A stretch of 64,000 nucleotides of DNA from Bacteroidia bacterium (lineage in GTDB: Bacteria > Bacteroidota > Bacteroidia > M30B66), in NCBI GenBank assembly GCA_965279035.1, contig OZ257142.1, positions 128,001-192,000 of the forward strand. Direction: 5' to 3'. Shown one piece after another: positions 42,301-50,494 of the stretch. The stretch's first letter is position 1, and every line of letters begins with the position of its first letter. A program made the position numbers and the translations under genes. The notes under the pieces are model-generated. The model saw only the letters and a program-made list of their open reading frames with translations. It did not search any database and was not told the DNA's origin.

Positions 42301-45300
42301 ACGCATACGACAACCAGGCCCAGTAAAAGCAAGAGGATCTATTGTTACACCTAGCGTACCTGATGAACTAGCAGCAGTTGTTCCTGCAGTACCAAAAAAC
42401 TCACCTGCATCTAAGAAGTCACCATCGCGGTTAAAATCGAACCAGATACCAACACCTTGAGCACCACCTGAACCTGTTGTAAAGTTAGCCGTGTAAGCAT
42501 TTCCTTGTTGCAAAGTAGTAGTAGCTGCATTTAACGCATAATTATTAGGTAAAGCACCTGGACAATTTGGCGTAGTACTAATTGTATTCAAGCTGAATGC
42601 TGTTAAATAATCTAAACTAGAACAAGCATTAGTAAATACTGGTAAGCAATAATCGATTAACACATTACCTGCATCAGAAATAGTTCCAGCTGTAAGCGAA
42701 TTTGTTGCACCACCAGCTAACGTAAATGTTAAGTTGGTTTTGTCAAGAGTTAAGTCGAGCGTATTTCCAATAATTGCAGTACCTGAAACATTGAAACGTA
42801 CCCAGAAATAATTTGAACCGGAAGCTATGTTTGTAGTTAATCCAGTAAAAGAAATCTGACCTGCAACAACACTTACCGCACCACCTATTTGAGCAACAGG
42901 AGCACCAAAAGTACCAGTCCACAAAGTAGCTGAAGTAATTTCCGATGGAGCTGCAGTACCTGTAAAGTTGAAAATACAATCTGTAAGGGTTATCGTTCCA
43001 GTAGATCCAACAGATTGGATATTCATACGAGTTTGGTTCACGTTAGTAGCACCAACATTTGTTGTAGCAGAAATAGCAGCAACTCCGGTTTGGTTTATAC
43101 TAACAGCAGCAACATCTAAAGGACCCGTTTGACCAAAAGCAATACGATCAGGGAAGGTGGAAGCAGCTAAAACTGGAGGAGGGTTTGCTAAGAATGCACC
43201 AAGTGGAACTGAACCAGCATTAAAAGTTGATCCTGAGCCTAAAATAGAGAAATCAGTTGCAGGCGATTGGATACCCACAAGTGTATTTCCAGAAACCATG
43301 GCTGCATCGTGCCCTTGAACACTATAGGAAACAAAGTTAGCAGATCCACTAGCGATACTAGTAACCCATTCTCTGTTCGGATTAAGAGAAACAATTCCAA
43401 TAAATGTATTTGGAAGACCTACTGAGTTGTTTGTTTCTGCTTGAATTGAAACTGGACCACCTGCATTTGTTGTAGCATTAAAAATTGCTAACCAATTAGA
43501 GGCTGTTTTACCAACTGGCAACCAAGCAGTAAAGTTGGTTGAGCTTGCTGGTATAACACGAATCATTGGTCCTGAAACATAACCAGCAGTTGTAGCGCCA
43601 GTAAAGGTATTTCCAGATGTTGTTGACTTATGAGTTAAAATATTGGTCAACGTTGTATTTACTTTACCTGCATTTAATGTAATTGAACCAGTTACAGATA
43701 AAGGAACGTTTAAAGTAACACCTGTAGCATTTGAATTTTGAACAATTAAATTGGCCAAATTACCTGTTGGAGATGCCGTGAGGTTTTGAATAGTACCTGA
43801 TCCACCAATAGTTTGTGCTCCTGTTGCATTAGAAAATACTAAACTAGATACATCCAAGAAACCTGCAGTTATGAATCCCAAGGTTCCAGATGTAGTCAAA
43901 GTTCCATTAACTAAAATACTTCCCGCAACATAGGGAGAAGCAATGCGGCTATCACCTCCAGTGTTGATTGTGAAATCACCTAAAATGGGTTGTTGGTAAG
44001 TGCTTGTTACAAAACGATTTGTTCCTGTTGGACCATTAACAATAACATTTCCAAACACCATACCTGTTGTAGAAGACCATGTGTTAACATTCCAAGCAGT
44101 AGCACTTGCGGCAGTACTTGATGTACCATCACCGAAACGGATTGTATGACCTGATGTTACATTCACATTTCCATTAAGACTACCACTTAAAGTAATTGTA
44201 TTAACTGCATTTGCAGGTGGATCAATAAATGTTAAAGTTCCTCCTGTAAGATTTACAGAAGTTAATGAAGACACATTCAGATTAAACAATACTGAACTCG
44301 TAGAATTTGCTGTAACGTTATTTGCATTACCATCTACATTAAAGTTACCACCTGATTGATTTAAAATCATTCCAGAAGTGGTAGCTAAATTTCCTGCAAG
44401 ATTAATAGTTCCACTTGATAAGTTTAACGTAGAACCATTTCCAAGATTTAATGTCCGGTTACAAAATGAATTGTCTTGAGGTCCAATGTTAATAGTACCT
44501 CCGCTTACATTCAATACACCTCCTGCTCCTAGTGAGATTCCTGTTCCTGAAGCTCCAGTAACTGTTAATGTATTACCAGAAACTACTAAAGTACCATTCA
44601 CAGCTACAGTAAGAGCAGCTGCGGCTGCAGCGTTTACAGTAACAGTAGTTCCTGAAGTAATTAATGGATTATCAGAAGATGTTGGAACCGAACCTGTTGA
44701 CCAAGTAGAACCAACATTCCAAGCAGCGCTAGCCACCGAATATAATCCGATATCGGCAGTATTGATACCCAAATACTGAGAACCAGAAAATGGAGTACTA
44801 GCTGCACCCGTAAATGTTCTACATCCAAAAGGAATTGCAGAAGTACCAGTTGCCGCCAAATGAGTTCCTGCTGCAGCGCCTACTTGCATAATGCGAGGAG
44901 CTGTTGAAGGAGCCGCAGCTGTTACAATTAAACCATCGCCACAGAGTGCCATGTGGATATTTCCTGTTGCTGTGTATCCGCCACCAGAGGCAAATAACCA
45001 TAAAGAGTTAGTTCGTTGGCTTAATACATAAGCCCCATCTGTATAACCATCAGCAGTTAATCCAGCCGTATTGGTATGAGTACATTCTACCCAACCAGCA
45101 ACGTTTGTAGATCCTGTTGTGTTTCTGTTTAAACGAACCATCCTAGAGGATGTACCGCTTACCATAGGGAAGAAGTTGGCTGTTGCAGAAGCTGCCGTAG
45201 TAATTGTAGTTGTTGTTACCCAACGACGAAATGTAGTTCCAGAAGCAAATCCACCAGAAGTCCAAGAAAGAGTTCCTGCAGAAGCAGTAGAAATACCTTG

Positions 45301-46494
45301 AATGAAGGTATTTGTAGAATTAATTAAACCTTGTGTAAACGTTAAAGTTCCAGAAACAGTACCTGTACTAGTACCACTCAAAACCGAATTGGCATTTAAA
45401 AAAGTAACACCACCCGTACTATTATTATTAACTGTTAATCCTGCAAAGTTCGCAGTTGGTGAAGCAGCTAAGTTACGGAATGAACCAGAACCAGTAATAG
45501 ATTGAGCTACAGTAGCTGGAGCCAAAGTTCCAGTTCCAGAACTGTTTGCAAAGGCAAATGTACCTGTAGTTGTTAATGTTCCATTGACAACCGTATTACC
45601 AGCAACTGAAAGTACACCAGTATTTCGGTAATCACCAGCTGTGATAGTTAGATCTTTTTGTACACCAACATATTGAGTAGTATATTGTTGTGTAACCAAA
45701 GTACGGTTACCAGAACCAGCAATATTGATAATTAAATTACCATATAATACGCGAGTTGAACCTACATATGTTTCTTGAACAAAACCACCTGTATTGGCAG
45801 TTGCATCGGTAGAAACACCATCACCCAATTGGAAGGTGTGATTCACACCAAGAGCCATACTTACAGAACCTAAATATGCAAATGCTCTTCCTAATGAATT
45901 ACTATTCACTACGTGGGGGTCAACAATGATGATTGATCCACCAGTAAGGTTTAGGTTAGTTGCAACTGAAGCAGTAAAACCAACAATGTTAGTTCCGGAA
46001 GCTACTGAAGTAGCAACGTTTCCATTGTCATTACCATCTACCTTTAATGTTCCAGCAGATTGGTCAAAACGACCACCTGAAGCAAGAGTAAAGGCACCAT
46101 TTACGATTACCGTTCCACCTGTAAGGTTGAAACGACCACCTGAGTTAATAGTAAAAGCAGAGTTGAACTGTGCTGCAATAGCAACAGTAAGGGTATTCGC
46201 TCCAACATTTAGTGTTCCAGCATTGATTACCAATGAACGAACAGAAGCGCTTCCCGATAAAGTCATTACAGAACTATTCTGAATAACGAAATCGTCAGCA
46301 TTGGAGATTGAACCTGGGTTGGTACCAGATAAACCATTTGTTGCAGTTACCCAACTTGCGACATTGTTAAAGTCTGTTGCAGAGGGGACCGAGTAATACG
46401 TGGTGGCTTGGAGCCAGCCGACCATCAAGAGAAAGATCCCCGTCAGGAGAAAACTTTTTCTTTGCCGGCGAAACAAATGTGTAGTTGTTTGCAT
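36346..46494 (-). CDS. Giant (3382 aa) T9SS-secreted surface protein with beta-strand repeats, two GEVED domains, Ig-like and PKD domains, type A CTD
   Basis: Signal peptide; Thr/Ser/Gly/Ala-rich; YGTVVDY and YGETEDY GEVED motifs; WNFGDG PKD; IYPNP...GVYEV CTD. Confidence 0.88.
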   Translation of the reverse strand: MQTTTHLFRRQRKSFLLTGIFLLMVGWLQATTYYSVPSATDFNNVASWVTATNGLSGTNPGSISNADDFVIQNSSVMTLSGSASVRSLVINAGTLNVGANTLTVAIAAQFNSAFTINSGGRFNLTGGTVIVNGAFTLASGGRFDQSAGTLKVDGNDNGNVATSVASGTNIVGFTASVATNLNLTGGSIIIVDPHVVNSNSLGRAFAYLGSVSMALGVNHTFQLGDGVSTDATANTGGFVQETYVGSTRVLYGNLIINIAGSGNRTLVTQQYTTQYVGVQKDLTITAGDYRNTGVLSVAGNTVVNGTLTTTGTFAFANSSGTGTLAPATVAQSITGSGSFRNLAASPTANFAGLTVNNNSTGGVTFLNANSVLSGTSTGTVSGTLTFTQGLINSTNTFIQGISTASAGTLSWTSGGFASGTTFRRWVTTTTITTAASATANFFPMVSGTSSRMVRLNRNTTGSTNVAGWVECTHTNTAGLTADGYTDGAYVLSQRTNSLWLFASGGGYTATGNIHMALCGDGLIVTAAAPSTAPRIMQVGAAAGTHLAATGTSAIPFGCRTFTGAASTPFSGSQYLGINTADIGLYSVASAAWNVGSTWSTGSVPTSSDNPLITSGTTVTVNAAAAAALTVAVNGTLVVSGNTLTVTGASGTGISLGAGGVLNVSGGTINIGPQDNSFCNRTLNLGNGSTLNLSSGTINLAGNLATTSGMILNQSGGNFNVDGNANNVTANSTSSVLFNLNVSSLTSVNLTGGTLTFIDPPANAVNTITLSGSLNGNVNVTSGHTIRFGDGTSSTAASATAWNVNTWSSTTGMVFGNVIVNGPTGTNRFVTSTYQQPILGDFTINTGGDSRIASPYVAGSILVNGTLTTSGTLGFITAGFLDVSSLVFSNATGAQTIGGSGTIQNLTASPTGNLANLIVQNSNATGVTLNVPLSVTGSITLNAGKVNTTLTNILTHKSTTSGNTFTGATTAGYVSGPMIRVIPASSTNFTAWLPVGKTASNWLAIFNATTNAGGPVSIQAETNNSVGLPNTFIGIVSLNPNREWVTSIASGSANFVSYSVQGHDAAMVSGNTLVGIQSPATDFSILGSGSTFNAGSVPLGAFLANPPPVLAASTFPDRIAFGQTGPLDVAAVSINQTGVAAISATTNVGATNVNQTRMNIQSVGSTGTITLTDCIFNFTGTAAPSEITSATLWTGTFGAPVAQIGGAVSVVAGQISFTGLTTNIASGSNYFWVRFNVSGTAIIGNTLDLTLDKTNLTFTLAGGATNSLTAGTISDAGNVLIDYCLPVFTNACSSLDYLTAFSLNTISTTPNCPGALPNNYALNAATTTLQQGNAYTANFTTGSGGAQGVGIWFDFNRDGDFLDAGEFFGTAGTTAASSSGTLGVTIDPLAFTGPGCRMRVMNRYNTTFVQTDVCLNPINYGTVVDYSVTIASPTPRSLNAITSVQQTGGMGASSTNNNLLRVDLSTTGSLGTITLTQAKFTYTGVSSADIAALGVSLWTGTSAAPTAQIGTSQTIAAGVVNFTGLSVSVGATSYLWLRVNTSAGAVIGNLVDAKIVAGDMSFTAAGGATATGSQPSADVDPAGNRYIDYCTPTYSSGCSSGDEITNVSMNGASINLSNSSGCSASPYYTYFSAVNKPDLFQGSTYNLSATFGSDGNQYLGVWIDFNNDGVFATTEFFGSTTSPGGGGTSTISIVVPIAGSTGNLRMRVRGGNDSQLSSNQACGASSSGYGETEDYIVTILPPPNCSTLLPFPATAATASPTSVCAGSSVNFGITVPMPVGLGITYQWRRNGVAFGVPQTSASVSLPVTLSGNYDVEVKCNGTTQVTSSTIAITAYNPQVLGVTNGTRCGIGSVNLNATSSAGSDLRYYDASTGGTLLATRTSGVAYATATLPGPSSTNYYVEAFTILGSGTSGAVSPAIGSFGTSFNGVYQVFTTSAPVKILSIDLFPTAAGTAQIELQDNLGNTVLSYSQVITAGDANSTGSFVGTPLTVPLNFDVPVGTDWQLVYVTGPVCLRNSAGAAGYYGTPSNNVTFTDNWVGSTSYWYNLYNWQIEKSCSSVRSLVTATVTAAPSISTTPTTSVSICEGDATTLQVSSTNLTYVYTWTPGPVVGSSVSVSPITTTSYTVNGVTSLGCTNSKTITVRVNPKPATPTSVTSIPSGSPITFCPNTNGTFTPVQINATATPLVTTLFFDDFAFGAGLGWQTAFTQVVPAEVLGALSRWTFPSAPPAYTYPGYPQTFNSTGSFAVAIGDAQGASSSGATATLTSPNASISISSAATSVVLTYDVSYNAYPADVFQVLYSTDNLTWTPIAASVLSDATDVPTTLGDFQTMTVTIPPAAYAGGVSNFRIRFSYYSEWGYWVAVDNVQVNETISTPQFSFSPAGGLFNDVAASSAYVANTPVSTVYAAPFNNSVYSVKVTNPGTGCQSNALTLPVNVCSVVTDQICNAASVTVLDAPPASLASVVNRTNLGAPITGSLAGLCTLLKSDVWYKSVIPASGDIHVYTFDANNAVTTFDLDSTVVAIYSSSDGTCTGTLTQLGCDAFNGVDGHTYVSASGLTPGSNVFIRVGSRQANIAPPVGFFKLLVMSGLYWSGNAGDYVFLNPSNWYGGDLTTTGILPSISKSIIIPQSATNNYPYVIGTQDVHGINFYYNTLTANAARITIDPAAKLRINSSLQRGGFVSAQGNPFILANPHVAGTGVLEFVNTNVNPLYNIHNINTPSTSYQIIIEGALGVKTNAQLNSNGKLSFINNSVLLSGGVKTTNPSYNYGGTVNGSIIYRRSGSVYGMYDYWSSPISNGNTTCLATSYGSNLYTYNNTAPGAGANVQLGWGTALSPSTAMQIGRGYIQTYAGNGNVVFNGLPNQVSFDYTPTITGANNFNLIGNPFPSSLKINELRARGTNSGTLGSIYLWNQSGNIPFSTGDYVVINSSNLAAGGTPPSGYSVAALELGACQAFMTDVQNTNDITFSCEDRVPTYPVNSTQFFDVTSNISLVRLDLKNSVGTAVNTVVAFSETSSDQFVGGEDSPRMPGTTGFDIYSKLDNQDLVIQMFSPLQATRIVDLGTSMTTNGEYTISMTEYVDFDPSTRVFLEDRATGTFQGLNSNPNYTFTTDPSFQGVRFRLHFMAPVNMASSSTCVGETNGKLIVSNSNMAYPMTAVLKNNNGETVSNSGQFVGEHIFQNLSSGSYTVDMSYVDGSVFSLSSNIGVSGVLSPASFIASSNTVQLADAIIEFAATAPGATEFIWNFGDGTIETTSATPVHAYMQPGIYTVTLTALSGGCSSTATSVVSVTDNTTGIANVGNSKGFSIYPNPANEAAKLLLNVDLKDAQATISITDAAGRLVNKHNLTNLRSGAIVELDINGLANGVYEVSIDSKNFRSVGRLTIAK

Positions 46495-46563
46495 GGTTTT
46501 GTGTTTAGTGGTTGTTTTTAAAAAGGTGGTTGTTGAGTATATATAGAGACTAAACTAGGATGT

Positions 46564-47457
46564 TTAGGATTTGCTTTTTTTAACGGCTTTCCCCGGTCTT
46601 AATTCTGGAGCAAAGGCGTTACAGAGTGCTAGAGCGTCGGAGAAAAATTCAGGTCCCACTTGTTTGGCTTTCATAATATCTGTTGCTCTGCTTGGGCGAG
46701 CAAACAACCAACGGTTAAACAAGGACATATATGCCAACATCGCATTGGGAGAATCGGCAGGGAGAGCATCGCGGGTTATGTTTTTAGATGAAGGAACATC
46801 TAATTCCTCATCCATAATACATACATTTCCCATCAATACTTGTTGTTTAATAAACGATTGATGGTTTTCAACAAAGGTTGAATTTAGAAAACAATAATTC
46901 CAATCAGCAAATAGGATATTTTGTTTGTTTTCAATATCAGTTAAGCCCAACAAATCAGATTGAATATTAAAAAATTGATTTTTAAATGATTCAATTGAAT
47001 ATTTTGAGTTAATCTGATGAATTCTTTCCAATATAGAATTCCACTCTTCATGTGTGTAATCTATATAATTCCCATCACTTGTTATTTGGATTGGAATAGG
47101 TAAAACAAGAGAAGATAAAATTGGGTCTTTTAAAGAATTAGAAAAAGCTGAATTTGAAAAAACAGAATACAAATCGATGCTACTATCTAATTGAAAAGTT
47201 TTAAAGCCATATTTAGTTGTTTTGCTTGAAGCTCCATCCCCACTTTCAGATTTATCTGCATTAGAAATTGGTACTTGTGCAGAAAGAATAGAGCAAGAAA
47301 ACAACATTGCCCCCATAAATAGAATTGCCAATTGAAAACGCATGAAAGCTGCGCTGGCAGTGGAAAGTTTAGAAAAAATTACGCGTGAGTACATAAAAAT
47401 CATCTCGTTCAACACTTTTCGGTAACTCCAAATATACAAAAAGATAAAATCAAACAT
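46564..47457 (-). CDS. Hypothetical, possibly exported protein
   Basis: 297-aa ORF; the true start is probably downstream (47403 or 47343) of the TATATTTG box at 47430-47437; signal-like MRFQLAILFMGAMLFSC. Confidence 0.6.
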   Translation of the reverse strand: MFDFIFLYIWSYRKVLNEMIFMYSRVIFSKLSTASAAFMRFQLAILFMGAMLFSCSILSAQVPISNADKSESGDGASSKTTKYGFKTFQLDSSIDLYSVFSNSAFSNSLKDPILSSLVLPIPIQITSDGNYIDYTHEEWNSILERIHQINSKYSIESFKNQFFNIQSDLLGLTDIENKQNILFADWNYCFLNSTFVENHQSFIKQQVLMGNVCIMDEELDVPSSKNITRDALPADSPNAMLAYMSLFNRWLFARPSRATDIMKAKQVGPEFFSDALALCNAFAPELRPGKAVKKSKS

Positions 47458-47749
47458 GCAAGAAATAACTTTATTTTTTATCGGTAAACGTATATAAGTT
47501 GTATTGCATTTTCTTACTTGATGCCTGATGATTGTCTATAATCGGCATGTTTAAACAAAAGTTAAAATTAAATGTGGTTGCACTTGGATTTTAACAAGCA
47601 TTATTTGGGAAGTAAGAAAATAAGGGTTCGGTGATATTTTAGAATCCCATCCACGAATATGAATCAGATTGCAGCCCCCTTGAGTGAATTGGTTACTTTT
47701 ATAGCAAATCCAAATTCAAGATACTATCAGGCAAAACATACATATATAT

Positions 47750-49561
47750 ATGTACCGTTCATTTCGAAATCATTTTTACTCATTCCTCCTGATATTGCTG
47801 GCTTGCACCGCATGTTCTCAGAAATTAAACGCACAATTTGTACTCTATACCGATACCATTTTCCAAGCCTGCGATAGCATTCCATTCGTAATGGGATTGA
47901 ACGAAGAACCTGGATACCAGTATTCTTGGAGTCCACAATTACATCTTCAATCACCCGATAGTTCAAAAACCAGCGCTCTGCTCGAAAACAATACATCAAA
48001 CAATACGGTTTATCTCGTATACACTCAAACCATCTCCGATTCACAAGGTACAGTTGTTCATATTCGTACCTACGAGATTTATGTAAGCAAAATCACAGAG
48101 ATTCAAATTCAATTGGGTAATTACCCTTTATGTAAAGGAGATACGTTTATACTATCTCGACCACCCGGTTTAACAGGTAATTTAGAAATTCGGCCCACTG
48201 CTACTTCCTTTGGTGGAGTAAATGATGATCTTATTTATTTTTGGCCATCGGATACTACTCAGTACGAAATTATCTCGATTGATTCCTTGTACTGTGGACG
48301 CGTGACCTTCTTTATGGAGATCGATGTGAAAGATTTTACTCCTGCTACACTTAGTGCTAGTCAAACTTTTTTCTGCGAAGGAGGAGCCGACGACACAACG
48401 CAAATTGTTGCCATTCCACCTGGAGGTTCTTTTGGAGGACTTGGAGTGAATCAAGCCGGGATATTCAATGCTTCCATTGCTGGTTCGGGTGAACATTCAA
48501 TTATTTATTTCAGTTTTGAAAACGGCTGTGTTTCTTCCGATACACTGATTATCGAAGTGGCAACAGAGAATTCGGTAACAATAGATGGATTAACGAATCT
48601 TTGTGCGACCGATACCATCCTTGAATTAAGTTATGGACATCCTTCGGGTGGAACCTATTTAATAGATGGGGAGCCCAAAACGGGAAGTTTTAATCCGTCC
48701 GTACTAGGATCGGGCTCACATACCTTAACCTATTCGTATATATGGGAAGGCAATTGTACGTTTACCAAGGAGCAGGTTTTTTTCATCATTCCCATTCCAC
48801 CGAAACCTATACTTGAAGCACCCGATGGTCTGCTTGCCTGTGAAGGAGATTCACTCACATTAAGAACAACACTGTTCCCCACCTATTTCTGGAGTACAGG
48901 ACAAGTTTCTCCTGAAATTGAGGTCAAAACTAGTGGACACTACTCCGTTTTTTTTCGAAGTAATATAGGCTGCTATTCCTATTCCGACACGCTCAATGTG
49001 GTGATTTCGCCTGCCTTCACAATGGACTTAACTTCTCCCCTATTTGATAATGGCTTTGCGATTAGTCAATACGGAGCAACAGATGGTAGTATTGAAATTC
49101 AAGTACAAGGTGGATTGAGTCCCTTTCAGATTGATGTTAGTCCGAATGTTGGAACGGTTGATCAGTGGACTATTAGTGATTTAAATGCAGGATTTTACAC
49201 GATAACACTAAGCGATCAAGTTGGTTGTACCTCATTTGACACCTTGAGTTTGTTTCAACCCGATTTTGTACCGGAACCCATTGATTCCAGCTTACGAATT
49301 CCAAATGCCTTTACTCCAAATGGTGATGGGCATAACGACTTTTTCGTGATTCAAGGCTTGATTCCGAAATATGCGAAGAATACGTTCCGCGTATGGAATA
49401 TTAGTCGACAGTTGGTTTATAGCACAAGTGATTATACCAATACTTGGGATGGCAAAGACAACCAAGGAGTTAAACTTCCGGCAGGTACTTATTTCGCTGT
49501 ATTTACAAGTGAGAGCTTAACTGGAGTTGCTAAAACTTATATTGATATTCGATATGAGTAG
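47750..49561 (+). CDS. Secreted protein with T9SS type B (gliding motility-associated) C-terminal domain
   Basis: IPNAFTPNGDGHNDFF...WDGK...LPAGTYF; SprB-like DGSIEI..GG..PF repeat. Confidence 0.88.
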   Translation: MYRSFRNHFYSFLLILLACTACSQKLNAQFVLYTDTIFQACDSIPFVMGLNEEPGYQYSWSPQLHLQSPDSSKTSALLENNTSNNTVYLVYTQTISDSQGTVVHIRTYEIYVSKITEIQIQLGNYPLCKGDTFILSRPPGLTGNLEIRPTATSFGGVNDDLIYFWPSDTTQYEIISIDSLYCGRVTFFMEIDVKDFTPATLSASQTFFCEGGADDTTQIVAIPPGGSFGGLGVNQAGIFNASIAGSGEHSIIYFSFENGCVSSDTLIIEVATENSVTIDGLTNLCATDTILELSYGHPSGGTYLIDGEPKTGSFNPSVLGSGSHTLTYSYIWEGNCTFTKEQVFFIIPIPPKPILEAPDGLLACEGDSLTLRTTLFPTYFWSTGQVSPEIEVKTSGHYSVFFRSNIGCYSYSDTLNVVISPAFTMDLTSPLFDNGFAISQYGATDGSIEIQVQGGLSPFQIDVSPNVGTVDQWTISDLNAGFYTITLSDQVGCTSFDTLSLFQPDFVPEPIDSSLRIPNAFTPNGDGHNDFFVIQGLIPKYAKNTFRVWNISRQLVYSTSDYTNTWDGKDNQGVKLPAGTYFAVFTSESLTGVAKTYIDIRYE

Positions 49562-49581
49562 AAGGAGCGATTCATTTTCGC

Positions 49582-50154
49582 ATGATTGCTATGAGTGAAA
49601 TGCCGAATCCTTCACACTGGGTTGAATTGTATGGGGATGATTTATTTTCATACGCTCGTTGGAAAGTAGCAGATGAAGAAAGTGCGCAAGACTTAGTACA
49701 AGAAACGTTTTTGTCGGCATTGAAATCTCTTTCAACATTCCGAGGCGAATCGCAGGAAAAGACATGGCTATTCTCTATTTTGAAGCATAAGATCAGCGAT
49801 CATTATCGAAAACTCTATGCACGTGCACCACATGAGTCGTTAGAGAAAGGTGAAGAAAAAATTCAAAACTGGTTTTCAGAAGATGGCCATTGGAAGGCAG
49901 AACGTAAACCACATGTCTGGAAATCGGATGAAAAAGACGTATTGGAAAGTAAAGAGTTTTACACCATTTTAAGTAGCTGTCGCGATAAACTTAACAAACA
50001 ACAACAGGTCATTTTTGCCTTAAAGTATTTAGAAGATCGCGATGCAGATGAAATCTGTAAGGAACTTTCAATATCCACGTCCAATTACTGGGTGATAATC
50101 CACCGAGCGCGTCTGCAGCTTCGCGAGTGCTTAGAAATTAACTGGTTGAGATAA
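49582..50154 (+). CDS. ECF-type sigma-70 factor
   Basis: AQDLVQETFL, FRGES..KTWLFSILKHK, ICKELSIS...HRARLQLRECLE. Confidence 0.92.
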   Translation: MIAMSEMPNPSHWVELYGDDLFSYARWKVADEESAQDLVQETFLSALKSLSTFRGESQEKTWLFSILKHKISDHYRKLYARAPHESLEKGEEKIQNWFSEDGHWKAERKPHVWKSDEKDVLESKEFYTILSSCRDKLNKQQQVIFALKYLEDRDADEICKELSISTSNYWVIIHRARLQLRECLEINWLR

Positions 50155-50157
50155 TAT

Positions 50158-50418
50158 ATGGCTCGATTAAACATCAAGTGTAAAGAAGCCACAGCCTTGG
50201 TTTTGAAAAAGGAGAGTAGTTCTCTTCCTCTTCAAGATCGATTCCGCTTATGGATGCATTTGATCATTTGTTCCTGGTGCCGTTTGTTTGTGAAACAAAA
50301 TCGAATGCTTCACACAGCCATGAGCCAAGAAGGGCCGCATGTGAAGCTAGATCCTGAATTCAAGAAAAAGATAGAGGAAAGCCTGGGGCGGGGGGGCTCG
50401 GACTTACCCTCGGACTGA
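50158..50418 (+). CDS. zf-HC2 zinc-finger anti-sigma factor
   Basis: CKEAT...HLIICSWC (HxxxCxxC), directly after the ECF sigma; C-terminus is repeat-derived. Confidence 0.85.
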   Translation: MARLNIKCKEATALVLKKESSSLPLQDRFRLWMHLIICSWCRLFVKQNRMLHTAMSQEGPHVKLDPEFKKKIEESLGRGGSDLPSD

Positions 50419-50494
50419 AGTCCGGGGTTGCTGGGGGGGGGAGAGCTGAATTTTAGATGCGGTGATGGGCAGCCTCGGACTTCAGTCCGGGGGT
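50406..50494. repeat. Inverted doublet of the REP-like palindrome (REPIN-like), overlapping two gene ends
   Basis: CCTCGGACTGAAGTCCGGGG (50408-50427) and inverted CCTCGGACTTCAGTCCGGGG (50473-50492); 69/84 ungapped identity with 53349-53432. Confidence 0.9.

Noticed and set aside
39878-46282. Plus-strand ORFs inside the giant gene
   Set aside because: Antisense shadows caused by biased codon usage, with no independent signals
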